From positions 4 to 64,003 of the forward strand of contig JAAYCU010000283.1 of NCBI GenBank assembly GCA_012729595.1: a stretch of 64,000 bases of DNA. Reading direction: 5' to 3'. This stretch comes from Phycisphaerales bacterium. Lineage in GTDB: Bacteria; Planctomycetota; Phycisphaerae; UBA1845; PWPN01. The position numbers and the translations under genes were made by a program. A model generated the notes under the pieces. It had not been told where the DNA came from. It saw only the letters and a program-made list of their open reading frames with translations, and searched no databases. Positions 46,726 through 55,865 of this stretch are shown piece by piece; position 1 is the first letter of the stretch, and every line of letters begins with the position of its first letter.

Positions 46726-47868
46726 CTAGCCTTTGGGGGCCAGTCTGCCAAGCATGACCGTCGCCGCGAAGCCGAGCACCAGAGCGAATAGGGCGGCGAC
46801 CATCTCGCGGGTCGAAGGATTGCCCGCCTGCAACGGCGGCCAGGACCGGACGACATGCTCGGCCAGGGCGGCGCCCTGCAAGTCGGCCGGCACGATCAGA
46901 CCCTCCCGCTCGGCAAACAACCGCAGCATGGCTTCCGGGTGTTTGCGGGCCACGATGACCGGCGATTTCTCGGTCAGCGACCAGGCCACCAAGATATGGT
47001 CGATCCGCGCGCGGCCTTCAAGACCGGCGGCGACGGGCAGGCCGATCGATTCGGCATACACCCGCAACTGCTCCGGCGAACGTTTTTCGAGAATCTTCTC
47101 CGTCGGGGCCCGACCGAACGGCCACAAACCCAGCACCGAACCGAGCAGCAGCCCCATCAGGAAACCCAGCGTGACCTTCTCGTAGCGACGCAGCAGATAC
47201 CGCAGGACGTTGGCGATCCCCGCCATGCCGGCCACGACGCCCACGCCCACCGGGATCACGATCCACAAGGCCGACCAGTCCATCCGCCGCAGGTCGTCCA
47301 CCGCCCCGATGACCCGGTCGTACTGGTTGAGCACCAGCAGTATGTACGATCCGCTGATGCCCGGAAGCACCATGGCCATCGTGCCGATAATGCCGCTGAC
47401 AAAGTCCATGGCCATGTTGCGGGGCATGTCCGCCGCCTGAGTTGTGAAGGCAATCGTAGCCATCACCGCCAGCCCCGCGAACATGGCGACGCCGCAGGAG
47501 AGGCTCACTTGCCCGATCATCCGCAACAGGGTGGGTACGCCCCCCAACGTCAACCCGATAAACAGGGCGAACATGAACGACGGAGCGATGAACAACAGGT
47601 ACAGGATCAGGCTGGCCAGGAAGACCACCGCGAGACCGGCGGCCGCCAGCAGGATAGCCAGGAAGGCCACCCGCGCCGGCCGCAGACGCAACGCGGTCAC
47701 GTCCGCCACCGCCTCGATGAACTCCTCGTAAAGCCCCATGGCCAGTACCATGGTGCCTCCGGACACGCCGGGAATCAGGTTGGCCGTGCCCATGAGCACG
47801 CCCGTTACCGCGATACGCATGGCTTTCAACGGAGCTAAAACATCCCGCAGTTTCCACTCTGAGGTCAT
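46726..47868 (-). CDS. DUF368 family membrane protein with an inserted ~100-aa soluble module
   Basis: The two DUF368 half-signatures NLIPGVSGGTMVL and LPGISGSYILL. An extra segment at aa ~252-353 precedes the last TM. Confidence 0.8.
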   Translation of the reverse strand: MTSEWKLRDVLAPLKAMRIAVTGVLMGTANLIPGVSGGTMVLAMGLYEEFIEAVADVTALRLRPARVAFLAILLAAAGLAVVFLASLILYLLFIAPSFMFALFIGLTLGGVPTLLRMIGQVSLSCGVAMFAGLAVMATIAFTTQAADMPRNMAMDFVSGIIGTMAMVLPGISGSYILLVLNQYDRVIGAVDDLRRMDWSALWIVIPVGVGVVAGMAGIANVLRYLLRRYEKVTLGFLMGLLLGSVLGLWPFGRAPTEKILEKRSPEQLRVYAESIGLPVAAGLEGRARIDHILVAWSLTEKSPVIVARKHPEAMLRLFAEREGLIVPADLQGAALAEHVVRSWPPLQAGNPSTREMVAALFALVLGFAATVMLGRLAPKG

Positions 47869-48035
47869 GGTTTGATCATTCCAGCCGCCGTGGTCCGCGC
47901 CGTCCAGGATTTACGTATCATAGGTGCGCGTACCTTTCTCTTACGGGGGCGGGGGGCATTATACAGGGTTTGAGCATTGGTGACCCGCAAGTCCGATCTG
48001 AAAGACCGGTTAAGCTGAGGCCGGGGGGCATCGTT

Positions 48036-49499
48036 CTAGTCGACAACCGTGGCCGGTGCGCTTGTCTGGTCCGCCTCGCCATGGAGCGTTAAGGCCGTGG
48101 CGGCCGTGATCCAGACCGTGACCAGTTGGCCGATCATACTCTTCGGGCCGGTGAAGACGACGATCTCGTCGGTACGGGTTCGACCGACCAGTTGATCGCC
48201 GCGTTTCCAGGAGACGTGGTTGTTTCGCTCCTGCTCGGCCTCCTGAGCCTTGATCGCCGCCTTACTGAATCCTTCGACGAGAATTTCCACTGTTCGGCCG
48301 ATGAATCCCTGGTGATGGGCCAGCCCGCTTCTTTTCTGGTATTCGACCAGATCCAAATGGCGACGTTTTTTGACCGCCTCGGGCACGTCGTCCGGTAGGG
48401 AGCGGTCGGCCACCGTTGCCGGCCGAGGCGAATACTTGAACATGTAAATGTTTTTGTATCCTACCCGCTCGATCAGGGCGAGGGTTTCGGCGTGCTCCGC
48501 GTCGGTCTCTCCGCAAAAGCCGACGATAAAGTCGCCGGCCAGGCTTATGCCGGGGACCGTTTCCCGAGCCCGCGCGATCAGCTCGGTGTATTGCTCGGCC
48601 GTATATCTTCGACGCATGCGCTTGAGCACGGCGTTCGATCCGCTCTGGGCCGGGAGGTGCAGGTATTCGCAGACTTTGGGCAGGTCGCGCATGGCTTGCA
48701 GGATGTCGTCGGTAAAGTCTCCGGGGTAGCTGGTAACAAAGCGCAGACGCTGCAACCCTTCGATCTCATGCACTTGTTCGAGCAGGTCGGCCAGCCGGAC
48801 GGTACGACCTGTGCTGGAGTCGGTGTAGGCATAACTGTTGATGGTCTGACCAAGCAGGGTAATTTCTTTGGCCCCCATGTCGACGAGCCGGCGGGCTTCG
48901 ATGACTATGTTGGCCGGTGGGCGGTTGCGTTCCGGACCACGGGTAAAAGGCACGACGCAAAAGGAGCAGAATTTGTCACAACCGCGTTGGACGCGTACAT
49001 AGGCTTGCAATGTTCTACCGTCCGGCGGCGTTCGCCGTGACATGTCTAATTCTTCAATGCTGTTGTAGAGCAGAGTTCGCTCGGCCGAGGGCAACCGGCG
49101 GGAGTGGTCATGTTCCAGGGCGATTGCCTGTACCCGGGTTTCCTCGACGGTAGCGAGCAGGGCGGGGATTTCGTTGAGGTTCCCCGGCCCGCAGAGCAGA
49201 TCTACATACGGGCAGCGCTGCCGGATGCCTTCATGATCGCGTTCGACCATGCAGCCGATGACCCCGATAATCATATTCGGCCGCTCCGTTTTTGCCCGGG
49301 CTATTGCCGTCAATCGGCTGTAAGCTTTTTCTTCGGCGCGGTGTCGTACACTGCACGTATTGATCAGCACCAGGTCGGCCGTGTGATAATCGTCGGTTGG
49401 TTTATAGCCAAGCGCGCAGAGCTGGCCGATGACGAGCTCACTGTCCAGCACGTTCATCTGGCAGCCCATGGTTTCAAGATACACCCGCTTGGTCGGCAT
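48036..49499 (-). CDS. miaB: tRNA-i6A37 methylthiotransferase
   Basis: ETMGCQMNVLDSE (UPF0004 domain), a radical-SAM cluster in RGCDKFCSFCVVPFTRG, and a C-terminal TRAM-like region. Confidence 0.92.
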   Translation of the reverse strand: MPTKRVYLETMGCQMNVLDSELVIGQLCALGYKPTDDYHTADLVLINTCSVRHRAEEKAYSRLTAIARAKTERPNMIIGVIGCMVERDHEGIRQRCPYVDLLCGPGNLNEIPALLATVEETRVQAIALEHDHSRRLPSAERTLLYNSIEELDMSRRTPPDGRTLQAYVRVQRGCDKFCSFCVVPFTRGPERNRPPANIVIEARRLVDMGAKEITLLGQTINSYAYTDSSTGRTVRLADLLEQVHEIEGLQRLRFVTSYPGDFTDDILQAMRDLPKVCEYLHLPAQSGSNAVLKRMRRRYTAEQYTELIARARETVPGISLAGDFIVGFCGETDAEHAETLALIERVGYKNIYMFKYSPRPATVADRSLPDDVPEAVKKRRHLDLVEYQKRSGLAHHQGFIGRTVEILVEGFSKAAIKAQEAEQERNNHVSWKRGDQLVGRTRTDEIVVFTGPKSMIGQLVTVWITAATALTLHGEADQTSAPATVVD

Positions 49500-49667
49500 C
49501 GTTGATCCGTCGGGAGCGAACTCCTATTTTGCTTTTCTCGCACTTCGTTTCGGTCGCCCGGGTATAGCCGCCCGTGGGCAGGGTAGAACCTCGGGCAGGG
49601 TGTCCCCGCATCGTTGCTCTATTGTACCCATGCTTGGGTTGAATCGCTTGCCCAGTTCGCGGCCGTT

Positions 49668-50918
49668 TTACGCTTTCGGGCGATCGAACTGCGGGACGGG
49701 CAGTTGTTCGCCCTGCTTGAGGGACGACTGGTTAGCGACGATACCCGGCACGGTCATCGCTAGTGAATCGTACAGATCGCACGCCGGCTCGCGGTCCTCG
49801 ATCAGGGCATTGATGAACTCGGCGGAAAGAAAAACCGCTGACCCGCCGTGTCCGGAATCGTGGCGCATCGATTCGGGCAGCATGTCCGTTTTCCAGTATT
49901 GGGGGATATCCACCTTTCCTCCGGGCGCCTGGAAGGAAGCGTGCAGCTTATGCCTGCCCATGTACAGCGAGGCCTTTTCGCCGAACCATTGAGCCCGCTC
50001 CCCGCCTGGCGGAACCTGAATCTTCCAGAACACGTTGCATCGGAGCATGTGCCCCTGGTCCGTCTGCATGCAGGCGACCTGGTTCCAGAAGGGGTTATCG
50101 TAGCGATTATCCTGGAGTGCCGGGTTGTCCGCGTTGCCCCAGCCCAGACAGGAGACCCGGGTGATCCGCTCTCCGGTCACTCCGACCAAATAACCGAGCG
50201 AGTGTGTGGGGTACAACATCGGGGTCAGCCCCCAACGCCAGGTCCGCGATCCATCGGGGTTAACAAATAACGTGCCCTTTTTCTCGGGCGTGGAGTGCAT
50301 TTCTGGAAAATCGTGGTAATACTCGGCCTCGGTATAAAATATCTCACCAAACCCCCCCGCGCGGTACAGATTGCGGGCATAGATGCATTCCTGACGATAA
50401 TAGCTGGACTCGGCCATCATGTAACGCAAGCCGGTTCTCTCCTTGACCTCCTTGAGTGTCTGGGCTTCCTCCAGATCGATGCAGGCGGGACAGGCGCTGA
50501 CCACGTGCAGCCCGCGTTCCATACACATGACGGCGTGTTTGACATGGTCCGGGGCGCCGGAAAAGACGGCCACCGCGTCGATGTCCCGGGCTTTCTTGAG
50601 CATCTCTTCGAGCGAGTCGTAGACCTGATCGCATTGGTAGTTTTTGCGAAGTTTTTCCCGTCGTTCGGGCCTCAGGTCGGTCACGCCGGTGATAACGCAA
50701 TTGGGATGTTGATGCCAGTGAAATCCCGCTCCGAAGCCGCCGCCGACCACTCCCAGGCGAATCTTCTTGTCGGTCTGGGCCGGGTAAGCCCGCCCGACAT
50801 AAGCCAGCATACCGGCCGTCGCCCCCAGTATGGTCGATCCCGAGGTCTCTAGAAACAGCCGTCGGGACATGGCCGGAGCGGCCTTGCTCATATCCTTGTT
50901 TCGATTCATTTCGTTCAT
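49668..50918 (-). CDS. Gfo/Idh/MocA family oxidoreductase with a twin-arginine signal
   Basis: MSRRLFLETSGSTILGATAG is a TAT motif. A Rossmann beginning, IRLGVVGGGFG. Confidence 0.85.
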   Translation of the reverse strand: MNEMNRNKDMSKAAPAMSRRLFLETSGSTILGATAGMLAYVGRAYPAQTDKKIRLGVVGGGFGAGFHWHQHPNCVITGVTDLRPERREKLRKNYQCDQVYDSLEEMLKKARDIDAVAVFSGAPDHVKHAVMCMERGLHVVSACPACIDLEEAQTLKEVKERTGLRYMMAESSYYRQECIYARNLYRAGGFGEIFYTEAEYYHDFPEMHSTPEKKGTLFVNPDGSRTWRWGLTPMLYPTHSLGYLVGVTGERITRVSCLGWGNADNPALQDNRYDNPFWNQVACMQTDQGHMLRCNVFWKIQVPPGGERAQWFGEKASLYMGRHKLHASFQAPGGKVDIPQYWKTDMLPESMRHDSGHGGSAVFLSAEFINALIEDREPACDLYDSLAMTVPGIVANQSSLKQGEQLPVPQFDRPKA

Positions 50919-50945
50919 TGCGTGTTCTCCTTATGCTCTTGAGGG

Positions 50946-52142
50946 TTATGTGTGATAATCGGCATTGATCGCGATATATTCGCGCGAGAAATCGCAGGTC
51001 AACACGCGGTCGGCGACACGGCCGGCGGCCAGGTCGACCGCGATGGTCACGTGCTTGCGGCGCATGGCCTGCGATAGCTTTTTCGGGTTAAGCTCCTTGG
51101 CCGGTGCCCCGTGCCGGAACAAAATCGCGTTTCCCAGTCGGACGGTAACACGTTCGGGACTGTAGGCAACGTCCGTTGCCCCCAGGGCCTGAACAATACG
51201 CCCCCAGTTTGGATCGCCGCCATGTACGGCCGTCTTGACCAGCGGGCTGACCGCGATGGCCCGGGCGGCGGCGTGCGCATCCCGGGCGGTTTTCGCGCCG
51301 CTAACCTTGATCTCCAAAACCCGGGTAGCGCCTTCTCCGTCGGCGGCGATCTGATAGGCCAGAGAGTCGCAAACTTCTCGCAGGGCAGTGGCGAACGAAG
51401 CCTTTGCCTTTGTGGAATTAAGCCCGCCGGCCGCGCCGCCGGCCAGGATGGTTACCGTATCGCTGGTGGAGGGGCATTCATCCACGGTCACGCGGTTGAA
51501 TGTCGGTTCGACGGCCTCGGCCAGCATGCGTTTCAAATCCCGGGCGGCTACCTTCGCGTCCGTGGTCAGGAAGGCCAGCATGGTGGCCATGTTCGGCGCA
51601 ATCATCCCGCTGCCCTTGCAACAGCCGGCCAGGGTGATCGTTGTTTTACCGATCCGCACCCGGGCACAGGCTTGTTTGGGTTTCAAGTCCGTGGTCATGA
51701 TCGCTCGAGCGAATTTTCGACCCGCGGCCGCCGAGTAGGACAGATTGGCGACGGCCTGATCGATCCCTCGCCGCATCTTGTCCATGGGGAGAAAGGCGCC
51801 GATGATCCCCGTACTGGCCGGCAGAATATCCGTCGGGCGGGCATCGATGGCCTCGGCTACCCAAACGCAGGTCTGTCGGGCGTCGGCCACGCCGCGTCGG
51901 CCCGTGGCCACGTTGCTGCATCCGCTGTTGACTACGATCGCCCGCAGGCGTCCATCGCGCACATATTCGCGGCCGACGGTCACGGGCGAGCCGCAGAAGC
52001 GGTTGCGGGTGAACATCGCGGCCGCCGTGCAGGCCTCGTCCGCTACCAGTACGCCCATGTCCAGCTTACCGCTGGCCTTGATTCCGCAGGCGGCCGATCC
52101 GCACCGAAAACCCAGAGGAGCCGTAATGGTTTCGTTTTTCAT
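50946..52142 (-). CDS. argJ: Bifunctional glutamate N-acetyltransferase / amino-acid acetyltransferase
   Basis: PLGFRCGSAACGIK and the self-cleavage region ATMLAFLTTDA. Length 398 aa. Confidence 0.92.
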   Translation of the reverse strand: MKNETITAPLGFRCGSAACGIKASGKLDMGVLVADEACTAAAMFTRNRFCGSPVTVGREYVRDGRLRAIVVNSGCSNVATGRRGVADARQTCVWVAEAIDARPTDILPASTGIIGAFLPMDKMRRGIDQAVANLSYSAAAGRKFARAIMTTDLKPKQACARVRIGKTTITLAGCCKGSGMIAPNMATMLAFLTTDAKVAARDLKRMLAEAVEPTFNRVTVDECPSTSDTVTILAGGAAGGLNSTKAKASFATALREVCDSLAYQIAADGEGATRVLEIKVSGAKTARDAHAAARAIAVSPLVKTAVHGGDPNWGRIVQALGATDVAYSPERVTVRLGNAILFRHGAPAKELNPKKLSQAMRRKHVTIAVDLAAGRVADRVLTCDFSREYIAINADYHT

Positions 52143-52143
52143 G

Positions 52144-52192
52144 GTTATAGTACTCAGTACTCAGCATTCAGCATTCAGTATTCGGGCATCAG
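52144..52192. repeat. Tandem heptamer array (nnnTCAG) x6-7
   Basis: GTTATAG TACTCAG TACTCAG CATTCAG CATTCAG TATTCGG GCATCAG, read directly from the sequence. Confidence 0.85.
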
Positions 52193-52294
52193 AACCCCAG
52201 TTGACCCGCGTGGCGAGCCAGCATGGGGCCAGTAGCGTACCGACATTCGTAGCGTGTAGGCCCGTCACTCGCCCTCCGGGTTCCGATTCCGGTT

Positions 52295-52329
52295 CTGACC
52301 ACTGATCGCTGACCGCTGAATGCTGACAG
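52295..52329. repeat. Tandem heptamer array (CTGAnnn) x5, inverted relative to 52144-52192
   Basis: CTGACCA CTGATCG CTGACCG CTGAATG CTGACAG. CTGAATG is the exact reverse complement of CATTCAG. Confidence 0.85.
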
Positions 52330-52331
52330 CT

Positions 52332-53360
52332 TCACATAAGTCCCGTTCGTTCGTCCAGTCCGAACATCAGGTTCAGATTTTGCACGGCCTGGCCGGCCGC
52401 CCCTTTGACCATATTATCGATAGCCGCCAATACTATGATACGTCCCTTGGCAACCCGCGCGGTCAAATCGCAAAAATTCGTGCGGGCTACCTCGGCGGTT
52501 CGCGGTGGGTAACGCCGTAACCGGATAAAAGGATCATTTGCGTACGCTTCCGCGAAAACCTGTTGCACATGCTCAAGCGATATTGGCTGAAGCGGTTTTA
52601 AATACATCGTGCATAGGATGCCTCGCTCCATGGGTATCAGGTGCGGTACGAAAAGCACCTGTGATTTGCCGCGCGGAACGTGCCCGTCGCAGGTTCGCTC
52701 GATTTCTATCTGATGGCGATGGTCACCGATTTTGTAAGCTTCGAAGTTCTCATGGCGTTCGGGAAAATGATGTTCCGGTTTCGGCTCGCGGCCGGCCCCG
52801 CTGATCCCGCTGGCCGCGTTGACGATGATCTCGTGCGGGTCAATCAGGTGTTGACGCAAGAGCGGTACGATCCCCAGCGATGCCGCCGTCGGATAACAAC
52901 CCGGGTTAGCCACCACCCGGGCATCGCGAATCTTCTGGCGGAACAGCTCCGGTAGCCCGTAGGCCGCGCTCTCGAGATTGGCCAGGTCAGTATGTTGCTT
53001 GTTGTACCACTGGGCGTAGTCCGCCGGCTCTTTTAGTCGATAGTCTGCGGAAAAATCGATGACCCGCAGGCCGGCGGCCAACAGGTCCGGCACCAACCCC
53101 ATGGCCAGCCCGTTCGGCAGACAAAGCAAGGCCACGTCGGCTCGTCCTTTCAGGGCGGAAGGATTGATCGGTTCACAGGTCATGGTCAGACGGCCGGCGA
53201 ACTCAGGGAAAATATCCTCGATCGCCGGTTGCGGATCTCGCCGCGAACACAGGGCCGTTATTTGTACCCTTGGATGGTTCAGGAGCAGGCGGATGGCCTC
53301 CCGTGAGGTATAGGCCGTCGCTCCGATAATGGCGACACGGACAGTGTTCTGTTGCAACAT
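52332..53360 (-). CDS. argC: N-acetyl-gamma-glutamyl-phosphate reductase
   Basis: VAIIGATAYTSRE, the active-site context NPGCYPTA, and a C-terminal DNMVKGAAGQAVQN. Confidence 0.92.
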   Translation of the reverse strand: MLQQNTVRVAIIGATAYTSREAIRLLLNHPRVQITALCSRRDPQPAIEDIFPEFAGRLTMTCEPINPSALKGRADVALLCLPNGLAMGLVPDLLAAGLRVIDFSADYRLKEPADYAQWYNKQHTDLANLESAAYGLPELFRQKIRDARVVANPGCYPTAASLGIVPLLRQHLIDPHEIIVNAASGISGAGREPKPEHHFPERHENFEAYKIGDHRHQIEIERTCDGHVPRGKSQVLFVPHLIPMERGILCTMYLKPLQPISLEHVQQVFAEAYANDPFIRLRRYPPRTAEVARTNFCDLTARVAKGRIIVLAAIDNMVKGAAGQAVQNLNLMFGLDERTGLM

Positions 53361-53437
53361 CGTATAGCTTCCTAAAGGCTCCTGACTACGCGGCGGAGAA
53401 ATATTCTCGCCGCTTCCCGTCGCATCCTAACATACTT

Positions 53438-53472
53438 AAAAAAACCACCCCGGCAAAGGCTCGCCGGGGTGG
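53438..53472 (-). terminator. Rho-independent terminator after rpsI
   Basis: On the minus strand: CCACCCCGGC-gagccttt-GCCGGGGTGG followed by seven T. Confidence 0.75.
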
Positions 53473-53503
53473 TTGATTGTCCCTTCGTTTCGTCGGCGAT
53501 CGG

Positions 53504-53956
53504 TCATCGCTTCGAGAACTGGAAGCTCCGGCGAGCACCGGATTTTCCATACTTCTTTCGCTCGACTTTGCGGCTGTCCCGGGTAAGGTAGCCGCCGGCC
53601 CGCAAGGCCGGTTCGTATTCGCTGTTGGCCAGCTTCAGGGCCCGAGCCACGCCGAGCATGATTGCCCCCGCCTGGCCGGCCAGTCCGCCGCCTTTCACGT
53701 TGACGAAGACATCGACCTTGCCGAGGGTCTGGGTGGCTTTCAGCGGGGCGACGACATCCTGACGGTCCCGATCTTCGGTGAAATATTTTTCAAAGTCCTT
53801 GGTGTTAACCTCGAACTTGCCGGCCCCGGCTCGCAAACGAACCCGAGCTACCGCTGTCTTGCGCCGACCGGTGCCCCAGAAATAATGCTTCTTCGGGTCC
53901 GGGGCGGGGATTGTCGCCGAACTGACTGCTTCCGCTGCTTTACTATCCTCTGGCAC
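53504..53956 (-). CDS. rpsI: 30S ribosomal protein S9
   Basis: GTGRRKTAVARV and a C-terminal KYGKSGARRSFQFSKR. Confidence 0.93.
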   Translation of the reverse strand: MPEDSKAAEAVSSATIPAPDPKKHYFWGTGRRKTAVARVRLRAGAGKFEVNTKDFEKYFTEDRDRQDVVAPLKATQTLGKVDVFVNVKGGGLAGQAGAIMLGVARALKLANSEYEPALRAGGYLTRDSRKVERKKYGKSGARRSFQFSKR

Positions 53957-54028
53957 GTCTTACGTCCTCAAAGAACTTACACTGGATTACAACCATGAAC
54001 CCGTCAAACGAGCATCATACGGACAGGT

Positions 54029-54466
54029 TCAAATGAATTTCAAATCGATCGGTTGCGGCTGCTGGGCCTGGTGCGGATGCTCCGTCCCGGCATAAATCTT
54101 CAGCCGACTGAGCATGTCCCGACCAAGCTTGTTTTTCGGTAACATTCGCCGCACCGCCATGCGAATGACCCGGTCCGGATGGCTGCGCATCACCTTGGCT
54201 ATGGGCAGAACCTTACGCCCACTGTTGTAGTAGGTGTAATAGTCGTATTCCTTCTGCTCCATTTTTCGGCCGGTGAGTCTGATTTTTTCCGCGTTTAGGA
54301 CCACTACGAAATCACCGGTCAGTACGTATGGGGTATACGTCGGCCGATGCTTGCCCATGAGAATGGTCGCCAATTGCGTGGCCAGTCGGCCCAAAACCTG
54401 GCCGTTGGCGTCCACAAGATGCCACTGACCGCCGGCTTGACCCGGTTTGGCCAGATACGATTTCAT
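54029..54466 (-). CDS. rplM: 50S ribosomal protein L13
   Basis: MKSYLAKPGQ...WHLVDANGQVLGRLATQLATILMGKHRPTYTP. The ATG at 54466 fits the family N-terminus better than the ORF-track start at 54493. Confidence 0.93.
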   Translation of the reverse strand: MKSYLAKPGQAGGQWHLVDANGQVLGRLATQLATILMGKHRPTYTPYVLTGDFVVVLNAEKIRLTGRKMEQKEYDYYTYYNSGRKVLPIAKVMRSHPDRVIRMAVRRMLPKNKLGRDMLSRLKIYAGTEHPHQAQQPQPIDLKFI

Positions 54467-54702
54467 TGCCGCGCTACGCATGACTGCCGTCAACTCCGCT
54501 TGGGTTTGTCGTCCGTAGATAAAAACACTCGGCCGACATCAGCCGAGCCCTTTATGATAACGCATAACTCAACTCAGTCAAGCCATGCTCCTGAGTATGG
54601 CCTGGAGGGGCCCTTTCTTGCAGGATTCGCATAAGTCTTTATTGGGCATGTGTTTACGTGGATCGTGCTGCGGCTCGGTGCGTTTTTCGCCTCTTTTTTG
54701 GG

Positions 54703-55047
54703 TTAACTTACCGGCGAACCGGGCGGAATATCCGACTCCGGGGACAGCAGAATCACCCGGGTATGGTCGGCCGTCGAGGCGGCCAACAGCATGCCGTTGC
54801 TCTCCTGTCCCCGCATCATCCGGGGGGCGAGGTTGGTCACTACCACGATGTTCCGGCCCACCAGCGCGTCGGCCTGGTAATGTCCTCGCAGTCCAGCGCA
54901 GATTTGCCGCTGCTCGTTGCCCAAGTCCACTTTCAGGACGATCAGCTTGTCCGCGTTCGGGTGGTCGTGGGCCTCCAGAACCTTACCCACCCGCATTTTG
55001 ACCTTGAGAAAATCTTCGAACTGAATAACTTCCGTCGTCTCGCTCAT
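54703..55047 (-). CDS. tRNA-binding domain protein (CsaA/Trbp111-like OB fold)
   Basis: FEDFLKVKMRVGKVLEAHDHPNADKLIVLKVDLGNEQRQICAGL. Length 114 aa. Confidence 0.8.
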   Translation of the reverse strand: MSETTEVIQFEDFLKVKMRVGKVLEAHDHPNADKLIVLKVDLGNEQRQICAGLRGHYQADALVGRNIVVVTNLAPRMMRGQESNGMLLAASTADHTRVILLSPESDIPPGSPVS

Positions 55048-55185
55048 AGTTTCAACTCCTCAATAGCTAATTAGACGCCTAGTGCTGTATTATAACAAGG
55101 CCGGTGCTGGGGTACATTTCTACCAGAAAGTGGATACATCTGAATTATTGACGAAACCCGGCTTTCGGGGTTCCAATAGACGGTC

Positions 55186-55860
55186 ATGTGCGGGCGTTAC
55201 ACGATTGTCGATCCCGGACAGGCGGCCGACATGCTGGAGCCGGACGAGATAGAGGCCGACCTTCGCCGCCCTCGGTACAACATCGCCCCGACCCAGAAAG
55301 TACCGGCCCTGCTGGTGCGCAACGGGCGGCGGGTATTGGCCGAGATGCAATGGGGACTGGTGCCGGCCTGGGCCCGGGACAAGGCTATGGGCGTCCGTCT
55401 GATCAACGCCCGGGCCGAAACCCTCTCAGAAAAACCGGCCTTTCGTAACGCCTTGCGCAAGAGCCGCTGCCTGATCCCGGCCGACGGATTCTACGAATGG
55501 CAAAAACAGGGTGCCCGCAAGATTCCCATGTATATCCGCCTGATCGGTGGACGGCCTTTTGCGTTCGCAGGTTTGTTCGAGCTCTGGCGAGGGCAGGATG
55601 AGGAACTGCTGTCCTGCACCATCATTACCACCGAGGCTGACGAGCCGATCCGGCCGATCCATGAACGCATGCCGGTGATCCTCCCTTGCGAGCTGTACCG
55701 ATCCTGGCTTGACCCATCTTTGAATGATAAGGACGCTATAAGTTCATTGCTTCGGCCGGTGGAAGGGCGGATGCTGGAAGCCTATCCTGTATCGTCGCAT
55801 GTCAATTCGCCGCGTAATGATGATCCCGGCTGTATTATGCCCTGTGACGTGAAAGAATAG
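55186..55860 (+). CDS. SOS response-associated peptidase (SRAP/YedK family)
   Basis: N-terminal MCGRY with a catalytic Cys2, plus NIAPTQ and GFYEW. Confidence 0.88.
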   Translation: MCGRYTIVDPGQAADMLEPDEIEADLRRPRYNIAPTQKVPALLVRNGRRVLAEMQWGLVPAWARDKAMGVRLINARAETLSEKPAFRNALRKSRCLIPADGFYEWQKQGARKIPMYIRLIGGRPFAFAGLFELWRGQDEELLSCTIITTEADEPIRPIHERMPVILPCELYRSWLDPSLNDKDAISSLLRPVEGRMLEAYPVSSHVNSPRNDDPGCIMPCDVKE

Positions 55861-55865
55861 CGGGC

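Noticed and set aside
52151-52329. ARG-box (ArgR operator) interpretation of the CATTCAG/CTGAATG heptamers
   Set aside because: ATTCA/TGAAT half-sites are present. However, they are not arranged as the 18-bp TGAAT-n4-ATTCA palindrome, and the periodicity is 7 bp. This is kept only as a remote possibility within the repeat finding.
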